This document shows, piece by piece, positions 1 to 9,448 of a stretch of DNA of 64,000 nucleotides. The translations under genes and the position numbers were made by a program. Under the pieces are notes generated by a model, which worked only from the letters and a program-made list of their open reading frames with translations, was not told where the DNA came from and did not search any database. The number at the start of each line of letters is the position of its first letter. Positions within the stretch are counted from its first letter, which is position 1. Source of the stretch: Candidatus Poseidoniaceae archaeon (GTDB lineage Archaea > Thermoplasmatota > Poseidoniia > Poseidoniales > Poseidoniaceae); contig CASIAP010000013.1 of NCBI GenBank assembly GCA_949372645.1, positions 3,766-67,765 of the forward strand. Direction: 5' to 3'.

Positions 1-155
1 AAAAACGTTCATCGGTCGATGCAGAACGCTTTATGGAACTCTACCAACTGTTGCCTGAACAGCGCGAACCCTATACCTCATTACTTGACGCAACAAACCT
101 TGGCAGTGAGGAAGTCCTTGCTGCCACCATCACAATTTTGGAGAAATACCTATGA
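1..155 (+). CDS. 3' end of an upstream gene, possibly archaeal-type cytidylate kinase (partial)
   Basis: The frame is open from the window edge to TGA 153-155, overlapping the cbf5 start (ATGA). The tail ...SVDAERFMELYQLLPEQREPYTSLLDATNLGSEEVLAATITILEKYL resembles archaeal CMP kinase C-termini. cmk-cbf5 adjacency is common in archaea. Recognition is from memory only. Confidence 0.35.
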   Translation, partial: KRSSVDAERFMELYQLLPEQREPYTSLLDATNLGSEEVLAATITILEKYL

Positions 156-1120
156 CACTACACATCCTTGATGCCGCTGCCTCCACAAATCTTGCCATTG
201 GTGGTATTCCAGATGACCGTGATGTGGAAGAGCGTCTCGCCTCCGGATTTATTCTTCTTGATAAGCCAGCAGGTCCAACTTCTCATCAACTCGCATCGTG
301 GGCACGTGACCTGTTTGGTCTCGAACGATTGGGCCATGGCGGCACTCTTGACCCGTTTGCAACAGGAGTACTTCCTTTGATGGCTGGCAAAACAATGAAG
401 CTGACCAAAAAAATTCTTACACACAAAAAGACCTACATCTGTGTGTTCCGATTTGCTACAGTTCCTGATGAAGCCCAACTCAAGAAAGTAATGAAGCAAC
501 TCACTGGGCGTGTCTACAATGTCCCACCAGAAGTTTCTGCTGTCAAAGTTCAAGTTCGAACTCGTAAGATTTTTACATTTGATCACATAGAGATGAAGGG
601 AAACGATATGATTGCCCGAGTCTACTGTGAAGCTGGTACGTACATTCGTACAATGGCTCGTGACCTCGGACTTCTATTGGATATGAAAGTTCAACTAAAG
701 GAATTGCGCCGTGAGAACACAGGTGTGTTCAAGTTGGAAGATTGTATCACCATGCAAGATTTAGCAGATGCTGTTTGGCTCTGGAAAGAATGCAACCAAC
801 CTGAAGCCTTGCTACGGGTCATTCATCCAATCGAAAAGTTGTTGCTCGATTTACCATCTGCCACTGTCAAAGATAGTGCTGCTGCTGCTTTAGCCCATGG
901 CGCACCTTTGTTGCGACCTGGTCTGGTTAATATTTCTGCAGGAGTCAAGGCTGGAAAAGAAGTCGTGATTCAAACCCTCAAAGGTGAAGCGGTTGGTATT
1001 GTAACGCTTACGCTCAGTACCGATGAACTCGCTGGTATTAACGAAGGTGAAGTTGCTCGACCAAGTATGGTCTTGCTCGATGAAGGATTATACCCTCGTC
1101 GCTGGAAATCTCCAGAGTGA
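152..1120 (+). CDS. cbf5: H/ACA RNP pseudouridine synthase Cbf5 (TruB family with PUA domain)
   Basis: 322 aa. Contains LLDKPAGPTSH and the catalytic block GHGGTLDPFATGVLP. The C-terminal PUA-like region (AAALAHGAPLLRPGL...GEAVGIV) is typical of archaeal Cbf5. Confidence 0.9.
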   Translation: MTLHILDAAASTNLAIGGIPDDRDVEERLASGFILLDKPAGPTSHQLASWARDLFGLERLGHGGTLDPFATGVLPLMAGKTMKLTKKILTHKKTYICVFRFATVPDEAQLKKVMKQLTGRVYNVPPEVSAVKVQVRTRKIFTFDHIEMKGNDMIARVYCEAGTYIRTMARDLGLLLDMKVQLKELRRENTGVFKLEDCITMQDLADAVWLWKECNQPEALLRVIHPIEKLLLDLPSATVKDSAAAALAHGAPLLRPGLVNISAGVKAGKEVVIQTLKGEAVGIVTLTLSTDELAGINEGEVARPSMVLLDEGLYPRRWKSPE

Positions 1121-1355
1121 ATCAAATTTGATTCTCAAGCTTCAACATATTCTTCGTAAATATATTCATCTGTTTCAATTCGTATTTTTAATACTGACAT
1201 CATTCCCACATCCACTTTGTCAACAGGTGTTGAACGGCCCCCACAGCCTCAAAGCAATTTTTTGTGAGACGGTCCCCCTATCAAGTTTGAGGACACTTTT
1301 CGCGTTATCCGTCATCCAGCGTCTCTTCATCAAGCAAATGCGAGAGAATCTTTTT

Positions 1356-3746
1356 TCATTCCAGTTTCTTGATTTTTGCTGGAGTTAAGAAGATGAATAC
1401 ACAACTAATCCCCACGACCGCCATCAATGTAAGCCCCCAAAAGACTCCATCGGAGAGATCTGAATCTGAAGAGACGTCAAGAGAGGAGAGAGCAGGTTCA
1501 ATAGCGACTGCAAGCAAACCCTCATTGTTATCCTCTTGACCTTCCTCAATCTCGAGACCTCGGTCAATTACAGCACGAATCTGAACCTGTTGGGTGTCAT
1601 AAGGGACTTGCCAATCACACGTCACATAAGCGACAGTGCCTGGTTGAAGCAAGGGCAGAGTTTCAAAATCAATCAACTCCGTATTCGCTTCACATCGCAC
1701 TGAAATCATACTTGCATCGGCTTGACCAATGTTTCGGACAAGGACTCGAATAGAAACAATATCACCTGCACGAATTGTGTCCTTTCCAAGGTCAATTTCT
1801 TCGACATAGAGGTCGGGGAGGGCAAGAACTTCAAGGTCCAAGATCCTCTCGTGACAAGAGGTTTGGTCACACAGTGAAATCAGTACAGAAGTGAAACCAG
1901 GTATTGGTGCATTTACAGTCAAGGTTTTGTTGAATAAATCCACTGTGACCCAGGAACGATTTGAAGAAGCCGTCAAATCTGATGAATCAATATCGGTATA
2001 ATCAAAGGAAATATCGGTTGGAATAGATAACTCCACCAGTACTAAGGATTGAAATTCCTGAAGAGCTGGTGTGTCGTCAATAGTCTCGACATTGGCAATA
2101 AAAGTTTCAACCCATGTATTTCCCGCAGCATCAGTAACTGTCGTTTGAATCGTAGCTTGGCCAGACGATTCAGGTTGGAGGGACAAACGAATGTCACCTT
2201 CAGTTAAATCAACAACGATAAGGTCGGGGTTGGAATTAGAAAAACTAATTTGGAGATCTTCATAGGCAGTACGGTCATCAGTACAACGGTATAAAAATGG
2301 TAAAATGCGTCCTCCACCATCTTCTGTCAAATATTGGTCCCCAACTGGAATACAAAGAGGGTCTTCATCCCAATCAATTTCATAGCCACCAGTGATGGTC
2401 ATCGAGGAAATCTCAAAGGCGGTTGTACTCGCATTTCCAAGTGAACCCCAAGTAAACCATACTTTCAATTCGACTTTGATTGATGAATCTCCCGCTTTCA
2501 TATGCTTACCGATTGGGAAAGTGAGGGTCAAAGAGGGAGATAAGGTCACAGGTTGGTTGGTGACTAACTCATCATTCACATAGAGAAGCCAGCGCGAGGT
2601 CGAAGAATTTAAACCATCAATATCTCCAAATATTCTGCCTTGTAGCGAGAGAGTTGGGTCATTGACGTCAACAGTGAATGTCGAGATACATGCATCGACT
2701 GTTGAAATCCGAAGTTGGGTGAACAAATGGTCAGGAAGAAGCATGTGTTCATCCATTGAAACAAATTCGGAAAAGGAGGTGCCGTCATCCGAAAAGGAAT
2801 ATTCAATGGTCACATCATCGAGCGACTCATCTTCTAAAGTGTAGTGAACTCTTCCAATTCGTTGATTCGGAGGTGTTTCAATAATTTCACTGGTCCAACT
2901 GCCAGATGTGCCCGAAATACTGGATTGGAGTCCACATCCCGCTAATGCCATGTTTTCGGATGTTCCCAGCATGAAGTCAAGGCCAATAACTGGCATTTGA
3001 TGGCCAGTGAACTGTGTTTGTGCAGAACCGTATTCACCACCATACCAGGGTGTTTTCATAGTCACATCTATGCCGACTGCATCGACATTGAGTTGTGAAT
3101 CATCTGTTGAACCAACTGAAACGTAATCCAAGGTAATCACTGCGTTTTGTATCATGTTCCAATCCCAAGTAGCGAGACTCGAAATGTTGTACGACCAGGT
3201 ATTTGAAAGGTAATCAAGTGAACTTTGGGTATGCGAAAACGTGGTCAAAGATTCAAATTGACCATCGTAATTGAGGGAGATTCGAACAGAGTCTTGGTAC
3301 AGCGGGTCTGGTACTGAAAAGGCAACGACGACATCGACTGCAAGAATGTCATACTCTGTCGAGCCAGCAGCATTGAATGAAGACAATTGAATCTCTGGTC
3401 CAGTCGACCAAGAGGTTGCCCCATCAGGACTGCCCATTGAGTTGTTCGAATCTGTCGGCGTGGATTGAGCCCAGAAAGTCATGCTGTCTTGATTCACTGG
3501 CCGATGATGAACCATAGTGAGGCGTTGATCGGCCACCATAGATTCAGTGTAGCTTGCAGGATCTTCTGAAAAAGAAGTTAAAGCACCGAGAGACCAATTT
3601 GAAGGTTGAGCGAAATCACCTTGTGGAAAGATTTCGACGGTATTTGTTTGATGGACTGAACGTGCTGACACAGCGCTATAAGGCGCTAAGAGTAACAAAA
3701 ATAGAAGAAAAATGACGACCGAATGACTCGGCTTTGTTGTTCGCAT
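1356..3746 (-). CDS. Large secreted surface protein with a C-terminal CARDB-like domain and TM anchor
   Basis: The signal-peptide-like start MRTTKPSHSVVIFLLFLLLLAPYSAVSA is at 3746; the longest ORF reaches 3797. The CARDB-like block is DLYVEEIDLGKDTIRAGDIVSIRVLVRNIGQADA...EEGQEDNNEG. The terminal helix is VFWGLTLMAVVGISCVFIFL, followed by a short basic tail. Confidence 0.7.
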   Translation of the reverse strand: MRTTKPSHSVVIFLLFLLLLAPYSAVSARSVHQTNTVEIFPQGDFAQPSNWSLGALTSFSEDPASYTESMVADQRLTMVHHRPVNQDSMTFWAQSTPTDSNNSMGSPDGATSWSTGPEIQLSSFNAAGSTEYDILAVDVVVAFSVPDPLYQDSVRISLNYDGQFESLTTFSHTQSSLDYLSNTWSYNISSLATWDWNMIQNAVITLDYVSVGSTDDSQLNVDAVGIDVTMKTPWYGGEYGSAQTQFTGHQMPVIGLDFMLGTSENMALAGCGLQSSISGTSGSWTSEIIETPPNQRIGRVHYTLEDESLDDVTIEYSFSDDGTSFSEFVSMDEHMLLPDHLFTQLRISTVDACISTFTVDVNDPTLSLQGRIFGDIDGLNSSTSRWLLYVNDELVTNQPVTLSPSLTLTFPIGKHMKAGDSSIKVELKVWFTWGSLGNASTTAFEISSMTITGGYEIDWDEDPLCIPVGDQYLTEDGGGRILPFLYRCTDDRTAYEDLQISFSNSNPDLIVVDLTEGDIRLSLQPESSGQATIQTTVTDAAGNTWVETFIANVETIDDTPALQEFQSLVLVELSIPTDISFDYTDIDSSDLTASSNRSWVTVDLFNKTLTVNAPIPGFTSVLISLCDQTSCHERILDLEVLALPDLYVEEIDLGKDTIRAGDIVSIRVLVRNIGQADASMISVRCEANTELIDFETLPLLQPGTVAYVTCDWQVPYDTQQVQIRAVIDRGLEIEEGQEDNNEGLLAVAIEPALSSLDVSSDSDLSDGVFWGLTLMAVVGISCVFIFLTPAKIKKLE

Positions 3747-3874
3747 GATTAGACGAGGCCAGCGAATACACTTGAATAAGAGGGTGCCTCGATTCACAGT
3801 TTCGACGATTGAAAGTATGATACGCTCTACGGATTATTGAAATACCACGCCAATGACCGCGACTTACCTCTCAT

Positions 3875-3947
3875 GGCTGTGATGGTGTAGGGGTTAGCAC
3901 GGCAGATTGTGGTTCTGCCAGCCCGAGTTCGATTCTCGGTCACGGCC
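3875..3947 (+). tRNA. tRNA-His (anticodon GUG) with genomically encoded G-1
   Basis: Folded by hand. Acceptor GCTGTGA/TCACGGC, D arm GTGT-AGGGGTTA-GCAC, anticodon arm GCAGA-TTGTGGT-TCTGC, T arm CCGAG-TTCGATT-CTCGG. An extra 5' G at 3875 sits opposite discriminator C. CCA is not encoded. Confidence 0.9.
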
Positions 3948-3950
3948 CCT

Positions 3951-4592
3951 TTAGTTTCCATCCAGTTGATCTTGGTCGATTTTATGACCCATTCGCTCAA
4001 CTTTTGTCTCCAAATAGAACCGGTTTTGTTCACTTACTCCCACAACAAGTGGAATCAGATCTACAACTGTGATTCCATGACGTTCGAGCTGCTCTCGCTT
4101 ATTTGGATTGTTTGAAAGCAAATTTACATGTGAAATATTGAGGGCAGAAAGCATACTCGCTGCAATACTATAGTCACGGCCATCGGCCGGTAATCCAAGC
4201 ATCAAGTTCGCATCGAGGGTATCAGCACCTTTGTCTTGAAGATGGTACGCCTGAATTTTGGCATGTAAGCCAATGCCTCGGCCTTCTTGGCGCAAATAGA
4301 GCAAACAACCCCAGCCGCGCTTCACGATGGCTTTCAAAGCGGAATCAAGTTGAGGCCCGCAGTCACACCGTAGACTGCCCAATACGTCACCTGTCAAGCA
4401 TTCCGAATGAACTCGAACAAACACAGGGTCGGGACCTTTCATGTCACCCAGCGTAAGGGCAACATGATCGAAACCAGTTGATGCTTCATGAAAGATTCGA
4501 ATATGGAAATCAGCATGAATAGTAGGAAGTTTGGCTTCACTTGGAACTGAATCATTTTCAACTAATTGAACGGGTGGAATTTCACTGGTCAT
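3951..4592 (-). CDS. ribA: GTP cyclohydrolase II (riboflavin biosynthesis)
   Basis: 213 aa. Carries the zinc/active-site signature VHSECLTGDVLGSLRCDCGPQL, plus LRQEGRGIGL and LSNNPNK. Confidence 0.9.
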   Translation of the reverse strand: MTSEIPPVQLVENDSVPSEAKLPTIHADFHIRIFHEASTGFDHVALTLGDMKGPDPVFVRVHSECLTGDVLGSLRCDCGPQLDSALKAIVKRGWGCLLYLRQEGRGIGLHAKIQAYHLQDKGADTLDANLMLGLPADGRDYSIAASMLSALNISHVNLLSNNPNKREQLERHGITVVDLIPLVVGVSEQNRFYLETKVERMGHKIDQDQLDGN

Positions 4593-4855
4593 TCAATCAC
4601 CTCGATCAAAAAGCGAAGTTCGCCTGCTTTTTCCTCAATGGAGAGAATAGTGTTCTTTCCTCGTGTCGTCAATAAGGGCATGTCATGCACCGTTTCAGGG
4701 TCATCTGCCCAGACTTCCAATATTTGCCCTGCATCCATATTCGAAAGAGCCTTTTTAGCTTCAGCAATCGGGACAGGGCAGAAAAATCCAATGACATCGA
4801 GCCGATGGGTTGGAGAAACCAAAGCCCCATCTCCAAGAGAAACCACATCGACCAT
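4589..4855 (-). CDS. TusA/SirA-family sulfur-carrier-like protein
   Basis: 88 aa. Has the CPxP active-site motif (GFFCPVPIAEAKKAL) and the ...ILEVWADDP... pattern. Its stop overlaps the ribA start by 4 nt. Confidence 0.8.
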   Translation of the reverse strand: MVDVVSLGDGALVSPTHRLDVIGFFCPVPIAEAKKALSNMDAGQILEVWADDPETVHDMPLLTTRGKNTILSIEEKAGELRFLIEVIE

Positions 4856-4977
4856 GGCACACCCTAGCCATCATCCCTTTCAAGTCCTCCGAAATACTAA
4901 CAGAAGTGTTTGTATCAAAAATCAAGCTGGGTTAAGAGAAACCGCAACTTGATGAAGAGGAACACCTACGCAAAGCC

Positions 4978-6150
4978 ATGAGCACGAATTCTAAGTCCTC
5001 CTCAAGCAAAGAGGATTTAGACTGGTCCGAAGTTGGTCAACTCGGTCTTCGATATGCACGAATTCCACTGGCTCTTCTGTGTGTCGAAGCATTTTACTGG
5101 TTTTTGACACAACCTTCAGACACTTTGGCACCTTTGCAGGTGACTGAAGCATGGTTATGGAATGCAATTACAAATTTGTTGTATAGTGATGGCGAATATG
5201 TAGCCTCAACCTTGTCAACTCACAATGGATGGATGACGAGAATTGATTTTCTGCATGTGGACTTCCCAGGACCATACAACACTGTCGGCCTGTATGTTTC
5301 GGATGAATGTGCAGGCGTCCATGAAATGATCTTCTTATCGACACTTGTCGCCATGACAGAAGGGGTGCCACAACGACTGAAAATTCGCTCAATTCTCGTG
5401 ATGTGCAGCATTATCTATGTTCTCAATATCATGCGTCTGGTCATGTTCTTCCCAATTGCTGTGAATGATTGCACCATGAATCCAAATCAAGCAGAATGCC
5501 TCTCGGGGATGTGGAACTTCCATACTGCAGTCTATGAATGGGGATTCTTAATCGTGCTTGTGACGATGTGGGTCATCTGGTTTTGGAAAGTTGGAGGTCC
5601 TGCACGAACGCTTGAAGCAAGTGTTTCGAACGCTGCTGGTGATGAAAAATGGCGATTAAAGTTCCGAAACCAATGGTCCTCCAAACACTATTACTTCCTT
5701 GCTGGAGCTGTGATGTTGTTGCTGTTCGCTGCACATAATGTGACTTCAAATGAAGAAGCAATGAGTGCAAAAGAAACACTTGACTTCTGCTACTTCTCTG
5801 AACTTGTAACTTCAGAGTGTGGCCAAGCTCAAAATCGGTGGAATGATGCAATCGGATATGCTTGGTCTCTCTCTGCATTAGGCCTGGTAGTGATTGGTAC
5901 AACATCGGTCGTGATTCAGCGACCCGATGAGGACGGTAATTGGCCCCAATCGAAGCGCCAAAAGGAGCAAATCGACACTCTCGAAGTCGAAGAAAAGATT
6001 CCTCGTTCTCGCCATAATAAGAAAAAGTCTGGTTCTTGGAAAAAGAACAATGATTCTCCGGAAGCAATTGAAGAGAACAGTCAACAAGATTCAGTTGTTA
6101 TGCATTCCTTAGATGAATCTGGTGCAGAGAATGCATCAGAAGAAGAGTGA
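4978..6150 (+). CDS. Exosortase/archaeosortase-family-like polytopic membrane protein with a K/E-rich tail
   Basis: 390 aa with multiple TM helices. Cys in YVSDECAGVHEMIF, Arg 42 residues later in VLNIMRLVMFF, His in WNFHTAVYEWGF. This is the Cys/Arg/His order and spacing of the exosortase family. Confidence 0.5.
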   Translation: MSTNSKSSSSKEDLDWSEVGQLGLRYARIPLALLCVEAFYWFLTQPSDTLAPLQVTEAWLWNAITNLLYSDGEYVASTLSTHNGWMTRIDFLHVDFPGPYNTVGLYVSDECAGVHEMIFLSTLVAMTEGVPQRLKIRSILVMCSIIYVLNIMRLVMFFPIAVNDCTMNPNQAECLSGMWNFHTAVYEWGFLIVLVTMWVIWFWKVGGPARTLEASVSNAAGDEKWRLKFRNQWSSKHYYFLAGAVMLLLFAAHNVTSNEEAMSAKETLDFCYFSELVTSECGQAQNRWNDAIGYAWSLSALGLVVIGTTSVVIQRPDEDGNWPQSKRQKEQIDTLEVEEKIPRSRHNKKKSGSWKKNNDSPEAIEENSQQDSVVMHSLDESGAENASEEE

Positions 6151-6153
6151 GAA

Positions 6154-7575
6154 TCACTCAAAAATAGTTCCAGTAACTCGCTGGCCAGCCATGTCGTGCT
6201 TTTGAAGCGCCTTCATTGCAAGACCAACTTTGCTGGTGTGAATACTGATAAAAGTAGAAGCATCATCAAAATGAACATCTCCAAGAGCCATCTCATCACA
6301 ACGGAGTGCTCGCTGGAACCAAGAGGCGACCGAGCGAGACGATCCTGCTACTGATGGATTGATGTCCAGTTGAAGCGTTACGAATCCGAAGACATCTGCC
6401 GTTTCTCCGAAGTCATCTTGACGAGCAACTGGGTCACGGTCAATGCCGTCTGGAAGTTCTGGAGCTTCGCTATCCATGATGTCCAATCCATAGGTTGCCA
6501 TAATTTTCGAAAGTTGTGGAGCATCATCTCGGGAAACTAAACTCCAAGCTTCACCCTTACGACCAATACGGCCAGTTCTTCCAACACGGTGAATAAAGGA
6601 ATCCAAATCGACTGGTAAGTCATAGTTGACCACCAAAGTAATTCCATCGACGTCAATTCCTCGAGCTGCAACATCGGTTGCAACAATGGTCTTGACTTCA
6701 CCCTCTTTGAAACGATTGAGAATCTTTTCACGTTGGTTTTGACTCAAATCTCCATGCAATCCTTCGACGACAAAACGATGCTTGTTCAATCTCTGAACGG
6801 CAAGGTCAACCATTCTCTTGGTGTTGCAGAAGATGATGGTTTGGTCTTCATCACTCATTCTACACATCAATCTTCCAAGCGCCCAGAGTTTGTTGGAGCG
6901 ACCGATTTTGATGCTGTACAAATCAATAGGAGGAATATCCAATTCTTCAGTATTGGTAAGAATAAATTCCGGGTCATTCATGAACTCATGAGCTGCATCA
7001 ATAATTTCTTGAGGGAATGTTGCTGAAAACAGAAGCGTCTGTTCACGGTTCTTCATGCGTTCAGTAACCCACATGATATCTGGGAAGAAACCCATGTCGA
7101 GCATTCGATCTGCTTCATCAAGACAAAACAGAGTTGGTAATTCAAGGTTGATGTGACCACGTTCGGTCATGTCCATTACTCGGCCTGGAGTTCCAACAAT
7201 GATGTCGACACCATTGCTGAGAGATTTGGCTTGCTTTTCAAGATCAGTTCCACCATAGACAGTTTGAATCAGAAGTCCACTTTCGCCTTGTAAGGTTTGG
7301 AATTCCTCTGCGACTTGGTTTGCAAGTTCACGAGTAGGAGTCAGAATCAATGCTTGCAATTCACCTGTTGCTTGACAACGTTCGAGAATTGGTAAACCAA
7401 ATGCTGCAGTTTTTCCGGATCCTGTCCGAGCTTGCCCAATAACGTCTTTACCAGAGCGAGCGAGTGGAATCGTGTCTTTTTGGACCTGCGTTGCACATTC
7501 CCAACCAATCTTTTCAAGACTGTCAAGTAAATGTTGAGGAAGGTCCCAAGAGTCAAAGCGAGTATTGGTAAACAT
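6154..7575 (-). CDS. DEAD-box ATP-dependent RNA helicase with a DbpA-like C-terminal RNA-binding domain
   Basis: Q motif (ATQVQ), motif I ARTGSGKTAAF, Ia PTRELA, II DEADRM, III SAT, VI HRVGRTGR. The C-terminal roughly 80 aa resemble a DbpA-type domain. Confidence 0.9.
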   Translation of the reverse strand: MFTNTRFDSWDLPQHLLDSLEKIGWECATQVQKDTIPLARSGKDVIGQARTGSGKTAAFGLPILERCQATGELQALILTPTRELANQVAEEFQTLQGESGLLIQTVYGGTDLEKQAKSLSNGVDIIVGTPGRVMDMTERGHINLELPTLFCLDEADRMLDMGFFPDIMWVTERMKNREQTLLFSATFPQEIIDAAHEFMNDPEFILTNTEELDIPPIDLYSIKIGRSNKLWALGRLMCRMSDEDQTIIFCNTKRMVDLAVQRLNKHRFVVEGLHGDLSQNQREKILNRFKEGEVKTIVATDVAARGIDVDGITLVVNYDLPVDLDSFIHRVGRTGRIGRKGEAWSLVSRDDAPQLSKIMATYGLDIMDSEAPELPDGIDRDPVARQDDFGETADVFGFVTLQLDINPSVAGSSRSVASWFQRALRCDEMALGDVHFDDASTFISIHTSKVGLAMKALQKHDMAGQRVTGTIFE

Positions 7576-7585
7576 GTAATCATCT

Positions 7586-7619
7586 CCGTCTCGGTATTTC
7601 GAGTGGGTCGCCGAGACGG
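7586..7619 (-). promoter_or_regulatory. Perfect 9-bp stem-loop between the small ORF and the DEAD-box helicase start
   Basis: CCGTCTCGG (7586-7594) pairs with CCGAGACGG (7611-7619) across a 16-nt loop. It lies 11 nt upstream of the helicase ATG on the minus strand. Confidence 0.3.
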
Positions 7620-7640
7620 TGGCAACCCCATCGAGTGGAA

Positions 7641-7910
7641 TCAGTAGTTATCGCGTTCAGCGATTTCTGCTTGGAGGATACCCATCCAATACTTTCGAGC
7701 ATTGTCTCGGGTAAGTGGACGACGTGTCTGTCGAACATGTTCCAAAATGTATTGTCGGAACTTTAGGGATTTGTTTCTATTAATGCCTTTAGGGGTGATT
7801 CCATCCCACAAGCGTTCGAACTGCTCAGCCTTATCATTGAATGCTTCAACCATCATATTCACCTCTAAGCAATCGGTCCACTGACGCTCCCTTCTTAACC
7901 ATACCGACAT
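7641..7910 (-). CDS. Hypothetical small protein
   Basis: 89-aa ORF, co-directional and tightly spaced between the HEAT-repeat gene and the helicase. No motif recognised. An internal ATG (MMVEAF...) is an alternative start. Confidence 0.45.
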   Translation of the reverse strand: MSVWLRRERQWTDCLEVNMMVEAFNDKAEQFERLWDGITPKGINRNKSLKFRQYILEHVRQTRRPLTRDNARKYWMGILQAEIAERDNY

Positions 7911-7946
7911 GGGTATTGGCTAAATGATGAACGAATTTCACAGATT

Positions 7947-9323
7947 TCAGAAATAATCTGCGTCGTCATCGGCATCTTCATCTTCAAAATCATCATCATA
8001 TCCCATCATTTCATCTTGACTCACAGCACGATAAACCGGAGCCGGTGCTGTTTCAGCTGTTGACGTTTTGGAGTCACTCACTGGATTCTTATCGGGTGAC
8101 GAACCATTTTCTTTCGAAGCCTGAGATGGGTCAGTTGGGCGTATGGGCTCCAAACCAACTCGATGGCCGTGTGCCTCTGCAACCTCTCTGTCTAAAGTTG
8201 GAACAGGTGCAGCAGGGGCAAGTTGGGCATTCTTTTGTGCTTCTGTCCCTTCAAGTGATGCGTCAAAGACCATTTCTTTGAGAGAAGCAATAATCTTCTC
8301 ATCTTTTTCAGTGTTGAGGAGTTCTTCTGCCATTGCTCGGAGCACTTCTTCTCCGAAAAGTCGAGGAAGAAGTTCGACGCATGCCGAGCGAACTTTGAGG
8401 TCTTTCGAGGTAGTTCCACGAACGACAAGATCACGGGCACGACCGTTGTCCGTGTCCAAAACTTGAATCGCCTTGATTGCACTCATTCGAACATCGGGGT
8501 CTGAGTCAACTAAGGCGCGTTCTGCGAAGAGGGTGGCCATTCTCGATTCTTTACGAGCAAGAGCTGGGAGATTCTTAGCAGCAACCCGTCGAACTTCGAC
8601 CTCTGCATCATTCAAGGACCAAGAGATGAGATCCCATACTGCTGAGTCGCCTTTATTGACAATCTTCTTGAGCAAGGCAGTAGCTTTCTTTCGGAGTTGC
8701 ATATCTTCTTCCAGCAATAACGAGTCAACGTGGTCGACGACGACTTCAGGCCAAGTGTCACATAATCCTGATAATCCAGCCCAAGCCGCATCCATACGAT
8801 ATCGCACTGGTGAACGAAGTTCATTGGCTAAGATAGATGAAACTCCAGATGGGAAAATTGGAGAAGTTAAGCTGAGACACCGACTTGCTGCTTTACGCAC
8901 ATTCGCGTCCTGGTCATCGAGCATAACCGAAAGCCAATCAAACAATTCATCTGATTTGAGAACAGCTACCTCTGGAAGGACTTCCAAGCCAGCAACACGG
9001 TCTTCAGCAGCATCTGATTCCAAACACGTAAGAAGGAGTGAATGAGCTTGAAGCACTCGTACGCCATGGAATCGTCCTAAGGCTCGAATTGCATAAACAC
9101 GGTCAAGTGAAATGGTTTTGTCTTTCCAGCGGACAGATGCCGTTTCGATTTTACCTTGGAGCAAGGAAAACACATCATCATCTGTGAGTGCTACCCAAGG
9201 GCCCGATTCAACTTTCATTTTCTTGACAGATTTTCGCTGTTTTGCAACTGCGATTGGGAGGCCAGTTCTAGGGTCGCGAGCGATATATTCACGTGACAAA
9301 GTAATCCTCTCCGTAGGGCGCAT
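7947..9323 (-). CDS. HEAT/PBS-lyase-like repeat protein with an acidic C-terminal tail
   Basis: 458 aa. Repeated roughly 30-aa helical units contain D..VR..A (DANVRKAASRCL, EVEVRRVAAKNL, DPDVRMSAIKAI, DLKVRSACVELL). The protein ends DDDFEDEDADDDADYF. Confidence 0.7.
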   Translation of the reverse strand: MRPTERITLSREYIARDPRTGLPIAVAKQRKSVKKMKVESGPWVALTDDDVFSLLQGKIETASVRWKDKTISLDRVYAIRALGRFHGVRVLQAHSLLLTCLESDAAEDRVAGLEVLPEVAVLKSDELFDWLSVMLDDQDANVRKAASRCLSLTSPIFPSGVSSILANELRSPVRYRMDAAWAGLSGLCDTWPEVVVDHVDSLLLEEDMQLRKKATALLKKIVNKGDSAVWDLISWSLNDAEVEVRRVAAKNLPALARKESRMATLFAERALVDSDPDVRMSAIKAIQVLDTDNGRARDLVVRGTTSKDLKVRSACVELLPRLFGEEVLRAMAEELLNTEKDEKIIASLKEMVFDASLEGTEAQKNAQLAPAAPVPTLDREVAEAHGHRVGLEPIRPTDPSQASKENGSSPDKNPVSDSKTSTAETAPAPVYRAVSQDEMMGYDDDFEDEDADDDADYF

Positions 9324-9448
9324 ACCCTCAATGCGAATGAATCTATGCTTGATTCATCATGGATTCTTATGCACCGTAATTGAACTCTCGCTTGTGTACT
9401 CTATCGGCAAAGGGTAAATGTATTGAAGCGACAGCAGCAGCAACACCC

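Noticed and set aside
5573-6067. 164-aa minus-strand ORF; also the idea that the K/E-rich tail of the archaeosortase-like gene is a separate gene
   Set aside because: It is an antisense shadow. The plus frame is continuous, with additional TM helices before the tail, and there is no internal start with a convincing upstream signal.
8473-9045. 190-aa plus-strand ORF (with neighbours at 8045-8466)
   Set aside because: It is antisense to the HEAT-repeat gene. Its Ser/Arg/Thr-rich composition is typical of shadow frames.
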